NCBI GenBank assembly: GCA_964520505.1
Contig: CAZFQP010000003.1
Span: 16,738-80,737, forward strand
Reading direction: 5' to 3'
Source: an uncultured Candidatus Saccharibacteria bacterium
GTDB lineage: Bacteria > Patescibacteriota > Doudnabacteria > UBA920
DNA length: 64,000 bases
Under the pieces are notes generated by a model, which saw nothing but the letters and a program-made list of their open reading frames with translations, searched no databases and was not told the DNA's origin. The position numbers and the translations under genes were made by a program. Positions 7,925 to 16,910 of this stretch are shown in pieces. How positions within the stretch are numbered: the stretch's first letter is position 1; each line of letters opens with the position of its first letter.

Positions 7925-8602
7925 ATGATAAAATTTGACAACGTCATAAAAAAATACAGCCATCAACGGGCTTTAGACGGTATAAATTTACAGGTTCACC
8001 GCGGTGAGTTTGTGTCTTTGGTCGGTCTTTCCGGAGCGGGAAAATCTACCTTACTTAAGCTGATTATTGGAGAAGAACAGATTGACGGTGGTAGGATTTT
8101 TATTGATGATGTTGACATTTCATTGGTTAAAAAAAGTGACCTGCCGTATTTAAGACGTAAAATTGGCATGGTGTTTCAGGATATAAAACTATTACCGAGA
8201 CGAACTGCCTATGAAAATGTGGCTTTTGCTATGGAAGTTTGCGGTCATCGTCTGGAAAAAATTCAAAAGGAAGTGCCAAAAATTTTGGAATTGGTTGGTT
8301 TGTTGCACAAAAAAGACAGTTTCCCAAACGAAATGTCCGGCGGAGAAAAACAAAGAGTGGCTATTGCCCGGGCGCTGTCACATCGGCCGGTTTTACTGCT
8401 AGCCGATGAACCAACCGGCAACTTGGACGAAGTTAATGCCGGCGAGGTGATTGACTTGTTAATGAAAATTAACCAGCTTGGCACCACTGTTATTTTGGCG
8501 ACTCACGCCGCGGATTTGGTTAATAAAATAAAAAAACGGGTTATAACAATTGAAGGCGGAAAAATTACTATTGAACAGCAAAAAGGAAAATACAAGTTGT
8601 AA
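7925..8602 (+). CDS. ftsE: cell division ATP-binding protein FtsE
   Basis: Walker A GLSGAGKST, ABC signature LSGGEKQRVAIARAL, Walker B LLADEPTGNLD; followed by ftsX; ATG 7925 preferred over TTG 7913. Confidence 0.9.
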   Translation: MIKFDNVIKKYSHQRALDGINLQVHRGEFVSLVGLSGAGKSTLLKLIIGEEQIDGGRIFIDDVDISLVKKSDLPYLRRKIGMVFQDIKLLPRRTAYENVAFAMEVCGHRLEKIQKEVPKILELVGLLHKKDSFPNEMSGGEKQRVAIARALSHRPVLLLADEPTGNLDEVNAGEVIDLLMKINQLGTTVILATHAADLVNKIKKRVITIEGGKITIEQQKGKYKL

Positions 8603-8636
8603 GCACGAACACACGAACGACACTAAAGATACGAAA

Positions 8637-9008
8637 ATGGCGGAAATCTTTTATAAAGATGAAAGTTATAAAATAACCGGTGCGGTAATGAATGTTTTTA
8701 AAGCCTTGGGTTATGGCTATCAAGAAAAGTATTATTATCGGGCAATAAAAGAAGCCATTTTAAGTTTAGGTTTTAAGATAAAAGAACAAGTATTTACCCC
8801 TTTGTTGTATAATGGTAAATCTATCGGCAATTATTATTTAGACTTTTTGATTAATGATTCAATTGTATTGGAAATAAAAGTCAGCAACGAAATTTATCCA
8901 AGGCATATTAAACAAGTATTGGGTTATTTAACAGCCCATAATCTGAAATTGGGGATAATCGCCGCATTTACTAAGAATGGTGTAATTTTCAAAAGAGTAG
9001 TAAATTAA
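8637..9008 (+). CDS. GxxExxY family protein (PD-(D/E)xK nuclease-like)
   Basis: GYGYQEKYYYRAI (GxxExxY) motif and LEIKV core; start at MAEIFYKD; inserted between ftsE and ftsX and flanked by imperfect inverted GTGTTCGTG-type repeats (8603-8625 / 9019-9056). Confidence 0.7.
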   Translation: MAEIFYKDESYKITGAVMNVFKALGYGYQEKYYYRAIKEAILSLGFKIKEQVFTPLLYNGKSIGNYYLDFLINDSIVLEIKVSNEIYPRHIKQVLGYLTAHNLKLGIIAAFTKNGVIFKRVVN

Positions 9009-9061
9009 TAAGTACAAGTAGTGTGGTTCGTGGTATTTGTGCTTTCGTGCTATAAATAATT

Positions 9062-9979
9062 ATGTTTGACTCCGTATCATTTTTAAGAGCTATAAAAACC
9101 GGACTGACCAATTTTGTCAGGAATTTGTGGTTGTCTATGGCAGCTACTATGGTCATGACAATTACCTTGGTAATTTTGTCTACCCTGTTTTTATTATTCG
9201 TTCTGACAAATTATTCCATTAAAACTATTCAGAATACGGTGGATATTAGCGTATATTTTAAAATTGGTTTAGCTGAAGACCAAATTAATAACATTAAAAA
9301 CCAAATTACCCAAGACCAAAAAGTTAAAGAGGTGTCTTATGTTTCAGCAGCGCAGGCTTTTCAGGATTTTAAAAGCAAGCACGAAAACGATCCATTAATT
9401 ACCCAGTCGTTAAATGAATTGACGGAAAATCCTCTGCCGGCCACTCTTCACATAAAGGCTAATGAGCTGCAGGATTATCCGGCAATTGCTGAACGCTTGC
9501 AAACCGACCAATATGCCAATTTTATCGACAAAGTAAATTTTGAAGACAATCGGTTGGTAATTGAGCGGCTAAACAAAATTTTAAAATTTATTGTCACCTT
9601 TGGAGTTGTTTTGGTTGTTATTTTTGCTTTAATTGCCATCTTGGTGATTTATAACACCATTACTCTGACCATTTATAACCGCAAAGAGGAGGTTGAAATT
9701 ATGCGCCTGGTTGGGGCAACTAATTGGTATATTCGAGCGCCATTTTTAACGGAAAGTATTTTATACAGCATTTTGTCAACGGTAATTACCGGAATCTTTC
9801 TGTCGCCGGTTTTTGCCAAAGTTATTCCGGTGGTAACGCAGTATGTTAACCCGCAAGTCGGGCTGTACAGCGGAAGAATTTTGAATTATTATTGGCTTCT
9901 TTTGGCTTTATTTGGATTAGCCTTAATTTTGTCTTTGGGGTCAACCTTATTCGCGATTCGGAAATATTTGAAAATTTAG
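9062..9979 (+). CDS. ftsX: cell division permease FtsX
   Basis: N-terminal FLRAIKTGLTNFVRNLWLS, periplasmic domain then 3 C-terminal TM helices; genomic pairing with ftsE. Confidence 0.85.
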   Translation: MFDSVSFLRAIKTGLTNFVRNLWLSMAATMVMTITLVILSTLFLLFVLTNYSIKTIQNTVDISVYFKIGLAEDQINNIKNQITQDQKVKEVSYVSAAQAFQDFKSKHENDPLITQSLNELTENPLPATLHIKANELQDYPAIAERLQTDQYANFIDKVNFEDNRLVIERLNKILKFIVTFGVVLVVIFALIAILVIYNTITLTIYNRKEEVEIMRLVGATNWYIRAPFLTESILYSILSTVITGIFLSPVFAKVIPVVTQYVNPQVGLYSGRILNYYWLLLALFGLALILSLGSTLFAIRKYLKI

Positions 9980-10213
9980 GCAAACCCAATACTCTTGCGC
10001 GATTTTATATACCGTGTATACTAAGAAAGAGCCCTTATAAGCTTATAGCTTTGCGCCATAAGTTTATGGGAAAACAGGATAGGGGACTCTCTCCATATTA
10101 GGGGAGTTTTTTTATTTAAAACGCAGATAATACGCGGATATTAACGCTGAATTCACGCAGAAAGTGATGGCGTTTAATCCGTGTTGCTGTCTGCGATAAC
10201 CATCTATTTTAGT

Positions 10214-10660
10214 ATGAAGGTAATTTTCTTAAAAGACACGCCTGGGCAGGGGAAAAAAGGTGAAATTAAGGAAGTTAACGAAGGCTACGCCAAGAATTTT
10301 TTAATCCCCAAAGGCATAGCTCAAATTGCCACGGCGCAAGTTCAGGCCAAAGTAGCCAAAGAGGGGAAAGAGGCTGAGGCAAAGAAGCAGAAGGAGATTG
10401 AGAAATTAAGAAATTTAAAGGCAGATGTTGAAAAACGGGTTTTTGTGGTAAAAATTAAAGTCGGCGACAAAGGGCAAATTTTTTCCGGAGTCCACGAAAA
10501 AGACATCGCCCAGGCGGTCAGCCAAAAGCTCGATATCCCCATAGAGAAGAATCAAATAGAATTAGACAAACCCTTTAAGGATTTAGGTGAGCACAAAACT
10601 GTTTTACGTTTGGGGCACAACACCAAAGCCATCATTAAAATAATGGTGGAGGCGGTTTAA
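10214..10660 (+). CDS. rplI: 50S ribosomal protein L9
   Basis: [36 protein letters not shown] is the canonical L9 N-domain; 148 aa. Confidence 0.92.
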   Translation: MKVIFLKDTPGQGKKGEIKEVNEGYAKNFLIPKGIAQIATAQVQAKVAKEGKEAEAKKQKEIEKLRNLKADVEKRVFVVKIKVGDKGQIFSGVHEKDIAQAVSQKLDIPIEKNQIELDKPFKDLGEHKTVLRLGHNTKAIIKIMVEAV

Positions 10661-10681
10661 CTAGTAAATTTTTAATTTTAT

Positions 10682-10855
10682 ATGCCGCCACCTTCAACTT
10701 TTTGGGAAGATAATCCAAAATTAAGAAGTTTACTGCTAGTGTTAATCTGTGTGTTTTTACTTTCCGGCCTAGTCCTAGTGATTTTGAGCCAAATTCAACA
10801 GAATTACCGGAATAAAATTTATTTGGAAACAGAACAATCTTTACCAAAACATTAA
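10682..10855 (+). CDS. possible small membrane protein (57 aa, single TM)
   Basis: Short ORF MPPPSTFWEDNPKLRSLLLVLICVFLLSGLVLVILSQ... not in the >=60-aa track; weak. Confidence 0.3.
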   Translation: MPPPSTFWEDNPKLRSLLLVLICVFLLSGLVLVILSQIQQNYRNKIYLETEQSLPKH

Positions 10856-10876
10856 AAAATAATTAAATACAAACGA

Positions 10877-11206
10877 ATGAAAAATAAAATAATAGCAGTA
10901 GTTATCTTATTAGTGTTAATCGGTGGTGGAATATGGCTATGGTCAAGTCGTAAAGCAAAACAGTCCAATACTAACTTGCCGGCTAGCGGGGATTATTATA
11001 CCAATTTATCCAAGGCTTGCGCGCCGGAGCAAGGCGGGGGTTCTAGTTGCTGTGAGCAGTCAGTGGCTTTTATGAAGAAAAACGGATTTAAAAAAGCCGA
11101 AGGCGGTAACTGTGGCGCTAATATGGACAAGAATCAAATGCTCTGCGCAGGCAGCTATGAATGGTGCGAGCCAGGTACCGGCGATTCCCAGGAAAATAAG
11201 GATTAG
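10877..11206 (+). CDS. small membrane-anchored Cys-rich protein, hypothetical
   Basis: N-terminal TM/signal anchor, 7 Cys in the exported part. Confidence 0.5.
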   Translation: MKNKIIAVVILLVLIGGGIWLWSSRKAKQSNTNLPASGDYYTNLSKACAPEQGGGSSCCEQSVAFMKKNGFKKAEGGNCGANMDKNQMLCAGSYEWCEPGTGDSQENKD

Positions 11207-11243
11207 ATTTTTCAAAACGATTATTAAACCATTAATGTAATTT

Positions 11244-12932
11244 ATGCCCAATCGCGCAAAAAATAAAAAAACCAAAACAGTTAAAACCAAATTTATTTTT
11301 GTTTCCGGAGGGGTTATTTCCGGTATTGGCAAGGGGATCACCTCGGCCTCTATTGGCGCGATTTTAAGAGCCAAGGGTTATAGCGTGAGCCCGGTAAAGG
11401 TAGATATGTATTTAAACCAGGACGCCGGAACTATTCGCCCTCAAGAGCACGGCGAGGTGTGGGTGACAAAAGACGGCATAGAAACCGACCAGGACTTGGG
11501 ACACTACGAGCGCTTTATTGGCGAAAACATAATGCGCGCCAATTATATTACCACCGGACAGATTTATGCGGAAGTTTTGCGTAAAGAACGAGCCTTTGAG
11601 TATGGTGGCGAAGATGTGGAAGCTATTCCGCATGTCACCGACGAAATTATCCGCCGCTGGCACGTTGCCGGCAAGGGGTATGATTTTTGTTTAATTGAAT
11701 TGGGTGGTACCGTTGGTGAATATCAAAACGCCATATTTTTTGAGGCTACTCGTATTATGAAGCTGCGTGATCCCAAAACCGTTCTCCATATTCACGTGGC
11801 TTATTTGCCCATTCCGTCATATTTGGGAGAAATGAAATCTAAACCGGTTCAACAGTCAGTCCGGGTGCTAAACAGTATGGGGATAGAGCCGGATATTATA
11901 GTTGGCCGCAGTGAAGTGCCGCTGGATGACCGCCGCAAGGAACGCGTTGCCCTCTTTTGCAATGTGGGTAAAGATCACGTGTTGTCCAACCCCGATGTTT
12001 CCAGCATATATGAAGTGCCGGTAATTTTGGAGCAACAGCATGCCGGCGAATTGATTTTGAAAAAATTTGAAATTTCCACCAAAAAGTACGATATGCACCA
12101 GTGGAAAAACTTGGTTCACACAATTAAAACTGTAAAAAAAGAAGTTCATATTGCTGTTGTGGGAAAATATTTCGGCGTTGGCAAATTCCAATTGTCCGAC
12201 TCATATGTTTCAGTAATTGAATCCATTAAGCACGCAGCCTGGGGGGAAAAAGTTAAGCCGGTAATGCATTGGATAGACTCTGTTAAAGTGGAAAAACAGG
12301 GTGCAAAGGCAGTTTTGTCCGAATATGACGGGATTGTTGTCCCGGGAGGTTTTGGCAGCAGGGGAACCGAAGGTATGATTCAAACTATTCAATTTGCGCG
12401 AGAAAACAAAGTCCCGTATTTGGGTTTATGTTATGGTATGCAAATGGCAACAATAGAGTTTGCGCGTAATGTCGCTAAACTAAAAAATGCCAATACTACG
12501 GAAGTTGACGACAGCACCACGCATCCCGTCATACACATTATGCCTGACCAAGAAAAAAAGTTGTTGAATCGTGAATACGGAGCGACTATGCGCCTGGGCG
12601 GTTGGGATTGCGTAATTACCCGTGGCACGAAAACAGAAAAAGTTTATTTAGCGGCCGAGTTAATTAAAAAGACAGGACAGGCGAAAATAAATGAACGCCA
12701 TCGTCATCGCTATGAATTTAATAACGCTTACCGGGAGCAGTTGGAACAGGCCGGCTTGGTAATTTCCGGCACTACGCCTGACGGCAAGCTGGTAGAAATA
12801 ATCGAACTTAAAGACCATCCTTATTTTGTGGGAAGCCAGTTTCATCCGGAATTTCAATCCCGCCCATTTGGTCCTCACCCGTTATTTGCCGGCTTTATGA
12901 AAGCGGCGGTCAAATTACATACGAATGGATAA
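11244..12932 (+). CDS. pyrG: CTP synthase
   Basis: N-terminal VSGGVISGIGKG synthetase motif and C-terminal GLCYGMQ glutamine amidotransferase triad region. Confidence 0.95.
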   Translation: MPNRAKNKKTKTVKTKFIFVSGGVISGIGKGITSASIGAILRAKGYSVSPVKVDMYLNQDAGTIRPQEHGEVWVTKDGIETDQDLGHYERFIGENIMRANYITTGQIYAEVLRKERAFEYGGEDVEAIPHVTDEIIRRWHVAGKGYDFCLIELGGTVGEYQNAIFFEATRIMKLRDPKTVLHIHVAYLPIPSYLGEMKSKPVQQSVRVLNSMGIEPDIIVGRSEVPLDDRRKERVALFCNVGKDHVLSNPDVSSIYEVPVILEQQHAGELILKKFEISTKKYDMHQWKNLVHTIKTVKKEVHIAVVGKYFGVGKFQLSDSYVSVIESIKHAAWGEKVKPVMHWIDSVKVEKQGAKAVLSEYDGIVVPGGFGSRGTEGMIQTIQFARENKVPYLGLCYGMQMATIEFARNVAKLKNANTTEVDDSTTHPVIHIMPDQEKKLLNREYGATMRLGGWDCVITRGTKTEKVYLAAELIKKTGQAKINERHRHRYEFNNAYREQLEQAGLVISGTTPDGKLVEIIELKDHPYFVGSQFHPEFQSRPFGPHPLFAGFMKAAVKLHTNG

Positions 12933-13027
12933 TGTAATAGCCTTGAATCGAAGTCATCTATCAAATAGCCGGCGTTTACTAAATTAAATATTTTTTTATT
13001 AAATTTTAACAAATAATTTTTATAAAA

Positions 13028-13576
13028 ATGCCTAAACGTTTATACAAAATTGTTTATATTGCCGGTGTTTTGTTGATTGCGGCTGGCTGTAATCAAAACA
13101 CATCGGTAATTAATCCAGTTCAAAATACCCCCGCTATAAAACAAAAACCCATAGTCCAGCCGTCAATCGTAAACAGCCAAAGCAGCGAATCTCAGTCATT
13201 GGCAAAAGAATGCATTGATTCGCCAACGGTGACTGAAATTGGAAGGGATGTGTACCCCATAGCTGATAAATATAAACAACTACAATTTTTAGGTCAGCTT
13301 TTTACTGCTTCTGATTGTGGAACAGAAAGACTGAGCAAAATTTTTGGGGTAAAAAACGGCCAATATACTCAGGGCGCTACCATAACTTTAAATGCCCCGC
13401 CTTCCGTCCAATTTTTAGCCACCTTAAAAGTGGTGGGGTTTATTTGTTCCGAACAAAAAATAGAAAGCCAGTGCAGTCAATGGCAATTAGAAAAATCAGT
13501 GAATGTGAAGGACATCTTAAAATTAAAACCCTTCGCGGATAAGATTAAGCAGGACGACTGCTATATTTGCGGCTAA
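13028..13576 (+). CDS. hypothetical lipoprotein
   Basis: Signal peptide with lipobox LIAAGC. Confidence 0.5.
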   Translation: MPKRLYKIVYIAGVLLIAAGCNQNTSVINPVQNTPAIKQKPIVQPSIVNSQSSESQSLAKECIDSPTVTEIGRDVYPIADKYKQLQFLGQLFTASDCGTERLSKIFGVKNGQYTQGATITLNAPPSVQFLATLKVVGFICSEQKIESQCSQWQLEKSVNVKDILKLKPFADKIKQDDCYICG

Positions 13577-13636
13577 AAATATGGAGCAAGTTCACAACCA
13601 ACAACTACAATAATTGCTCGTGTAGCCACTTATTTT

Positions 13637-13873
13637 ATGGCGTTAATCAATGCTTTAGTAGCTGGCTACTTTTTGTTTGATACCATAACCAACAATCGAT
13701 TCCCTGGTACTGGTTATATCCGTTTGTTGTTTGGCTTGTGGTTTGCCTCAGTCTTGGTATTCAGTATATACAGTTTTACAAAACCAATTTGGGCGAAGTT
13801 CATTACCATGCTTGTGGTCATATTGTTGGAAGCAGGTTTCCTATTTTATTCACTGATGGGAGCTATTTATTAA
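13637..13873 (+). CDS. small membrane protein, hypothetical
   Basis: 78 aa, three hydrophobic segments. Confidence 0.4.
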   Translation: MALINALVAGYFLFDTITNNRFPGTGYIRLLFGLWFASVLVFSIYSFTKPIWAKFITMLVVILLEAGFLFYSLMGAIY

Positions 13874-13984
13874 ATCAAAATGGAAACCAAAAAATGCAAT
13901 AAAGACTGGTAACTTACGCTTTGAGTGGTGAACAGCCGAAAATATTATCAGTTACCAATTAGAAATGTTAGCAGTCCTAAAAAA

Positions 13985-14017
13985 CCCTCGCCGATACCGG
14001 CGAGGGTTTTTAAATAG
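13985..14017. terminator. Bidirectional terminator AAAACCCTCGCCGATACCGGCGAGGGTTTTT
   Basis: 11-bp stem flanked by A/T runs between convergent genes. Confidence 0.7.
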
Positions 14018-14022
14018 AGGAG

Positions 14023-14307
14023 TTACTTTTTGTGCGGTACTACGTTGACGATTCTGGTTTTCTTTAAGTTGCCGTGGAATTTTCTAACCTGCTTGTTTTG
14101 GAATTTAACCAAACCATCGGTTAGGGCATAGAGTGTGGAATCGCCGCCCATGCTAACGTTTTTTCCCGGGTGATATTTGGTGCCGTGCTGGCGAACCACA
14201 ACCTGACCTTTTTTAATAACTTGGGCGCCAAAAATTTTAACGCCTAATCTTTTGGATACTGAATCGCGGCCTAAACTGGTACTGCCGCCTGCTTTTTTAT
14301 GAGCCAT
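14023..14307 (-). CDS. rpmA: 50S ribosomal protein L27
   Basis: [27 protein letters not shown] canonical L27 N-terminus. Confidence 0.92.
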   Translation of the reverse strand: MAHKKAGGSTSLGRDSVSKRLGVKIFGAQVIKKGQVVVRQHGTKYHPGKNVSMGGDSTLYALTDGLVKFQNKQVRKFHGNLKKTRIVNVVPHKK

Positions 14308-14472
14308 ATATGAAAATTAACAGATTAATTTTAAATTACAAAAATCAAATTCCAAATTTCAAATAAAATCCAAATAATCAAGTATCTAAATTTCCAAACA
14401 ATCACAGTGATTTTGAACCTTGTAATTTATTTGGTGTTTGGATTTTGGGATTTGATATTTTTTTGAAAAGGC

Positions 14473-15831
14473 TTAAGCCTTTTCAAAAATAACTATTTCC
14501 CTTGCTACTATTTGGTCTTTGCGGTCATAAATCGCAGTTTTGCGGTCTGTGAGCTTCAAAAACTTCATATTTTTCGCTAATTTCGAGGAAATAATATCCA
14601 CTAAATTATATCCCAAAGGTGCAATAAAGTCAAGACTGGGCAGCATTTCGTAAGCTTCGCGGGTCTTTTTGTAGGCCGGAATACACATAACTACTCGGCC
14701 TTTTGCAGGTAGGAATTTGGCAAATTCTGCCAGGCAAGCCTGGTAGAGTTCGGTTAATTCCTGAAAATTTTTGGTAATTTCTTTGTTTTCCGGGTATTTT
14801 CCGTAAATAGGTCCTAAGGTTGATTCCGTAACCACAGCGGCGATTTTTTGGCTCACGAGCAACTTTGCCACGTCTCTGGCGTCGGCTGCTTCCACATGGT
14901 ATTTTCCCGGTGATATTTTGTAGCGATTTCTAAACCACTCCAAGTTTTGTTCACTACCCTTAATAGCTTTTTTATTAATGTCGCTTCCGAGCATTTTATA
15001 GCCGAGTAAAATTCCTTCCTGAATGATTGTGCCAATGCCACAGAATGGATCTAAAATAGACTCTCCGGTTTTGGCCCCGGAAAGGTTTAGCATAATTTGT
15101 GCGACTTTGGGCGGAATCATTCCTTGTTTCTCGTCGCGAGCCGGCCGCTGGTAGTCGCGCCGGCCGTAGTCTTCAAAATCTTGCACGGCAATTGTTTTGG
15201 CGGTATATACGCCGTCTTTGCCGGCCAAAATGCAAATTTCAGCACCTTTTTGCAAAAGCAAATTTTTTGTTACCACCACGGAAGCCAGAGCGAGAGAGTT
15301 AAATTCCGGTAACACCAAACGCACGCTGGCGCCGGTTTCAGTTAATCCTTTTTTAATCATCATGCCAATGCGCTTTGGTTCGCTAAAAATATTATTGGTT
15401 CGCTCAAATTGACCAAAGTTATCCTTACCATTTTGAGGCCTGGAGTTTGCAGGAGGTCTTTGCAATAAAGACATATCTAAAATATAGATGCTAACGCCAA
15501 ATTGCACCTTACCTTTGTAATCTTTAAAAAACTGCTTTTTTAAAACGCCTGGCTTAAAGTAATGTTTGAGCGCGAAGTTAATGGAATCATTTTCCCTTTT
15601 TTTTATGGTATCTACGACTTCTAAAATTTTAACCACGCCTCCTAATTTTCTTTGCATTTTTTCCGCGTTCAGCGGCGCCTCGGTTTCTATTAGTAAAATT
15701 TCCGGGGAACTCTCCAAAATCTTTAACGGTTGGCCGGTTAAATTTAAAGCCGGATCCGGACGTTCTAAAATAGCAACTAGTTCGGCAATGGACAAGCTAT
15801 AAACCCTGCCTAATACAAATGCGTATTTCAT
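14473..15831 (-). CDS. putative RNA (guanine-N2) methyltransferase with N-terminal THUMP-like domain (Trm11/RlmL/UPF0020-like)
   Basis: SAM-binding motif DPFCGIGTI and a DNA/RNA amino-methyltransferase fold; N-terminus MKYAFVLGR..SLSIAEL typical of this family; palindromic terminator overlaps the stop codon. Confidence 0.55.
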   Translation of the reverse strand: MKYAFVLGRVYSLSIAELVAILERPDPALNLTGQPLKILESSPEILLIETEAPLNAEKMQRKLGGVVKILEVVDTIKKRENDSINFALKHYFKPGVLKKQFFKDYKGKVQFGVSIYILDMSLLQRPPANSRPQNGKDNFGQFERTNNIFSEPKRIGMMIKKGLTETGASVRLVLPEFNSLALASVVVTKNLLLQKGAEICILAGKDGVYTAKTIAVQDFEDYGRRDYQRPARDEKQGMIPPKVAQIMLNLSGAKTGESILDPFCGIGTIIQEGILLGYKMLGSDINKKAIKGSEQNLEWFRNRYKISPGKYHVEAADARDVAKLLVSQKIAAVVTESTLGPIYGKYPENKEITKNFQELTELYQACLAEFAKFLPAKGRVVMCIPAYKKTREAYEMLPSLDFIAPLGYNLVDIISSKLAKNMKFLKLTDRKTAIYDRKDQIVAREIVIFEKA

Positions 15832-15865
15832 TTTAGATTTAAGATTATGTTATAATTAATCTGCA

Positions 15866-16267
15866 ATGATTAGCTACGAACAAGCAAAAGTTTGGGTAAA
15901 AGAAAATAAGCAACAAATTGTGCTTGCCGTATGTTTCGTATTGGTGTTTATTGTTGGTTTCGGAAGCGGTAGATACGAGCGGGAATTCCGCAGGCAAAAA
16001 ATAAAACCACAAAATAATTATACCACAAATTCAACAAAAACCCCAATTATCCCGCCGGATAATAAACAGAGGACTGAGGGGGCGGTCTTGGGGGCTAAGA
16101 CAGCATCGAGCACAGGGGATTGTATAATAAAAGGAAACATTGCTTCCACAGGTAAAAAAATATTTCATGTGCCCACCGGAGCTTTTTATAAAACTGTTAA
16201 ACCCGAACAATGTTTTAAAACCGAAAGTGAAGCTTTGGCCGCCGGGTTTATTAAATCCTCCAGATAA
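15866..16267 (+). CDS. hypothetical membrane-anchored protein with C-terminal Cys-bracketed domain
   Basis: N-terminal TM anchor; C-terminus C..IKGNIASTGKKIFHVPTGAFYKTVKPEQCFKTESEALAAGFIKS. Confidence 0.45.
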   Translation: MISYEQAKVWVKENKQQIVLAVCFVLVFIVGFGSGRYEREFRRQKIKPQNNYTTNSTKTPIIPPDNKQRTEGAVLGAKTASSTGDCIIKGNIASTGKKIFHVPTGAFYKTVKPEQCFKTESEALAAGFIKSSR

Positions 16268-16304
16268 TTTGTTTAAAAGTCAGCTTTTATAAAAAGGTTG
16301 ACTT

Positions 16305-16339
16305 TTTTGTTTGTATATTGTATAGTATGAACACTTTGG
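16305..16339 (+). promoter_or_regulatory. Promoter TTGACT-17-TATAGT
   Basis: Near-consensus hexamers at correct spacing preceding the structured RNA. Confidence 0.55.
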
Positions 16340-16344
16340 GTTCC

Positions 16345-16900
16345 GATTCTGAGCTTCGGGACCTTGGGTCTTTATAGACAAAGTACATCAGCTTTGCCGG
16401 ATTAAGTTTCGGTTGCTCTCTTATGTCAATCGCGTTCCGTAAGAGAGTTGCTCTATAAAGACCCAAAAGTTTAGGTGGTATGCTGCCTAGAGTGGAGAGT
16501 TTAGTTAAATGCCAAGAGAGTGGTAGTGGGTGGCCTCGTATCCAACCGAGGTGACGGCAAATGACAAGACTTAAAGCTTTCAAGAGCGGCATGCTGCCGA
16601 GGCCTTAGCCTAGGGGCCAAATTCATTAGTGATAGGCGCTTTCCTTGCGTGAGGTGGTAGATTGCGCACTTTCGTCTCCCCGAAAGTCTTCGGTGAAGAA
16701 TTGTCTAACCGAAAAGGAGAGGTCGCGGCAGAAGGAGGAATAAGTGGTTGGGGTGGAAACCGGCGGAGTAATTTTTCTGCCCGCCCGCCAAATTTGGAGA
16801 AAGCATGTTTAGCTCCTCCAGGCCTTTGTTTAGGCATGCTTTCGGCAACCACCATTGCTCCTTCTGCCGCCGGGAAAATATTTTCCGGCGGCTATTCATT
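16345..16900 (+). ncRNA. ~550-nt GC-rich, hairpin-dense noncoding RNA / long leader of unknown class ending in a perfect palindromic terminator (GCCGCCGGGAAAATATTTTCCGGCGGC) immediately before the cysteine desulfurase start
   Basis: GC clearly above flanks; multiple long-range stems (e.g. GGGTCTTTATAGA...TCTATAAAGACCC); contains a T-box-like string GGGGTGGAAACCGGCGG; ORFs overlapping it on both strands translate to low-complexity nonsense. Confidence 0.4.
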
Positions 16901-16910
16901 TTCATTTAAT

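Noticed and set aside
11412-12878. Minus-strand ORFs inside pyrG (11412-11663, 11868-12191, 11896-12123, 12210-12392, 12431-12628, 12660-12878) and similar antisense ORFs inside ftsE, prfB, dnaE, gltX, methyltransferase, etc.
   Set aside because: They are antisense to well-supported conserved genes and have no motifs.
16345-16900. Calling this RNA RNase P RNA, tmRNA or SRP RNA
   Set aside because: Universal motifs were not found: no GGAAAGTCCGGGC / ACAGAANCCGGCUUA (RNase P), no tRNA-like GGTTCGAATCC acceptor end (tmRNA), no AGGUCAGG...GGAAGCAGCC (SRP). Left unclassified.
16287-16905. Track ORFs 16287-16592(-), 16610-16855(-), 16705-16905(-) and the 5' 250 nt of ORF 16662-18155 as coding
   Set aside because: Open frames arise from GC-richness of a structured RNA region. 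The translations are nonsense-like, and the desulfurase has a clean conserved N-terminus starting at 16911.
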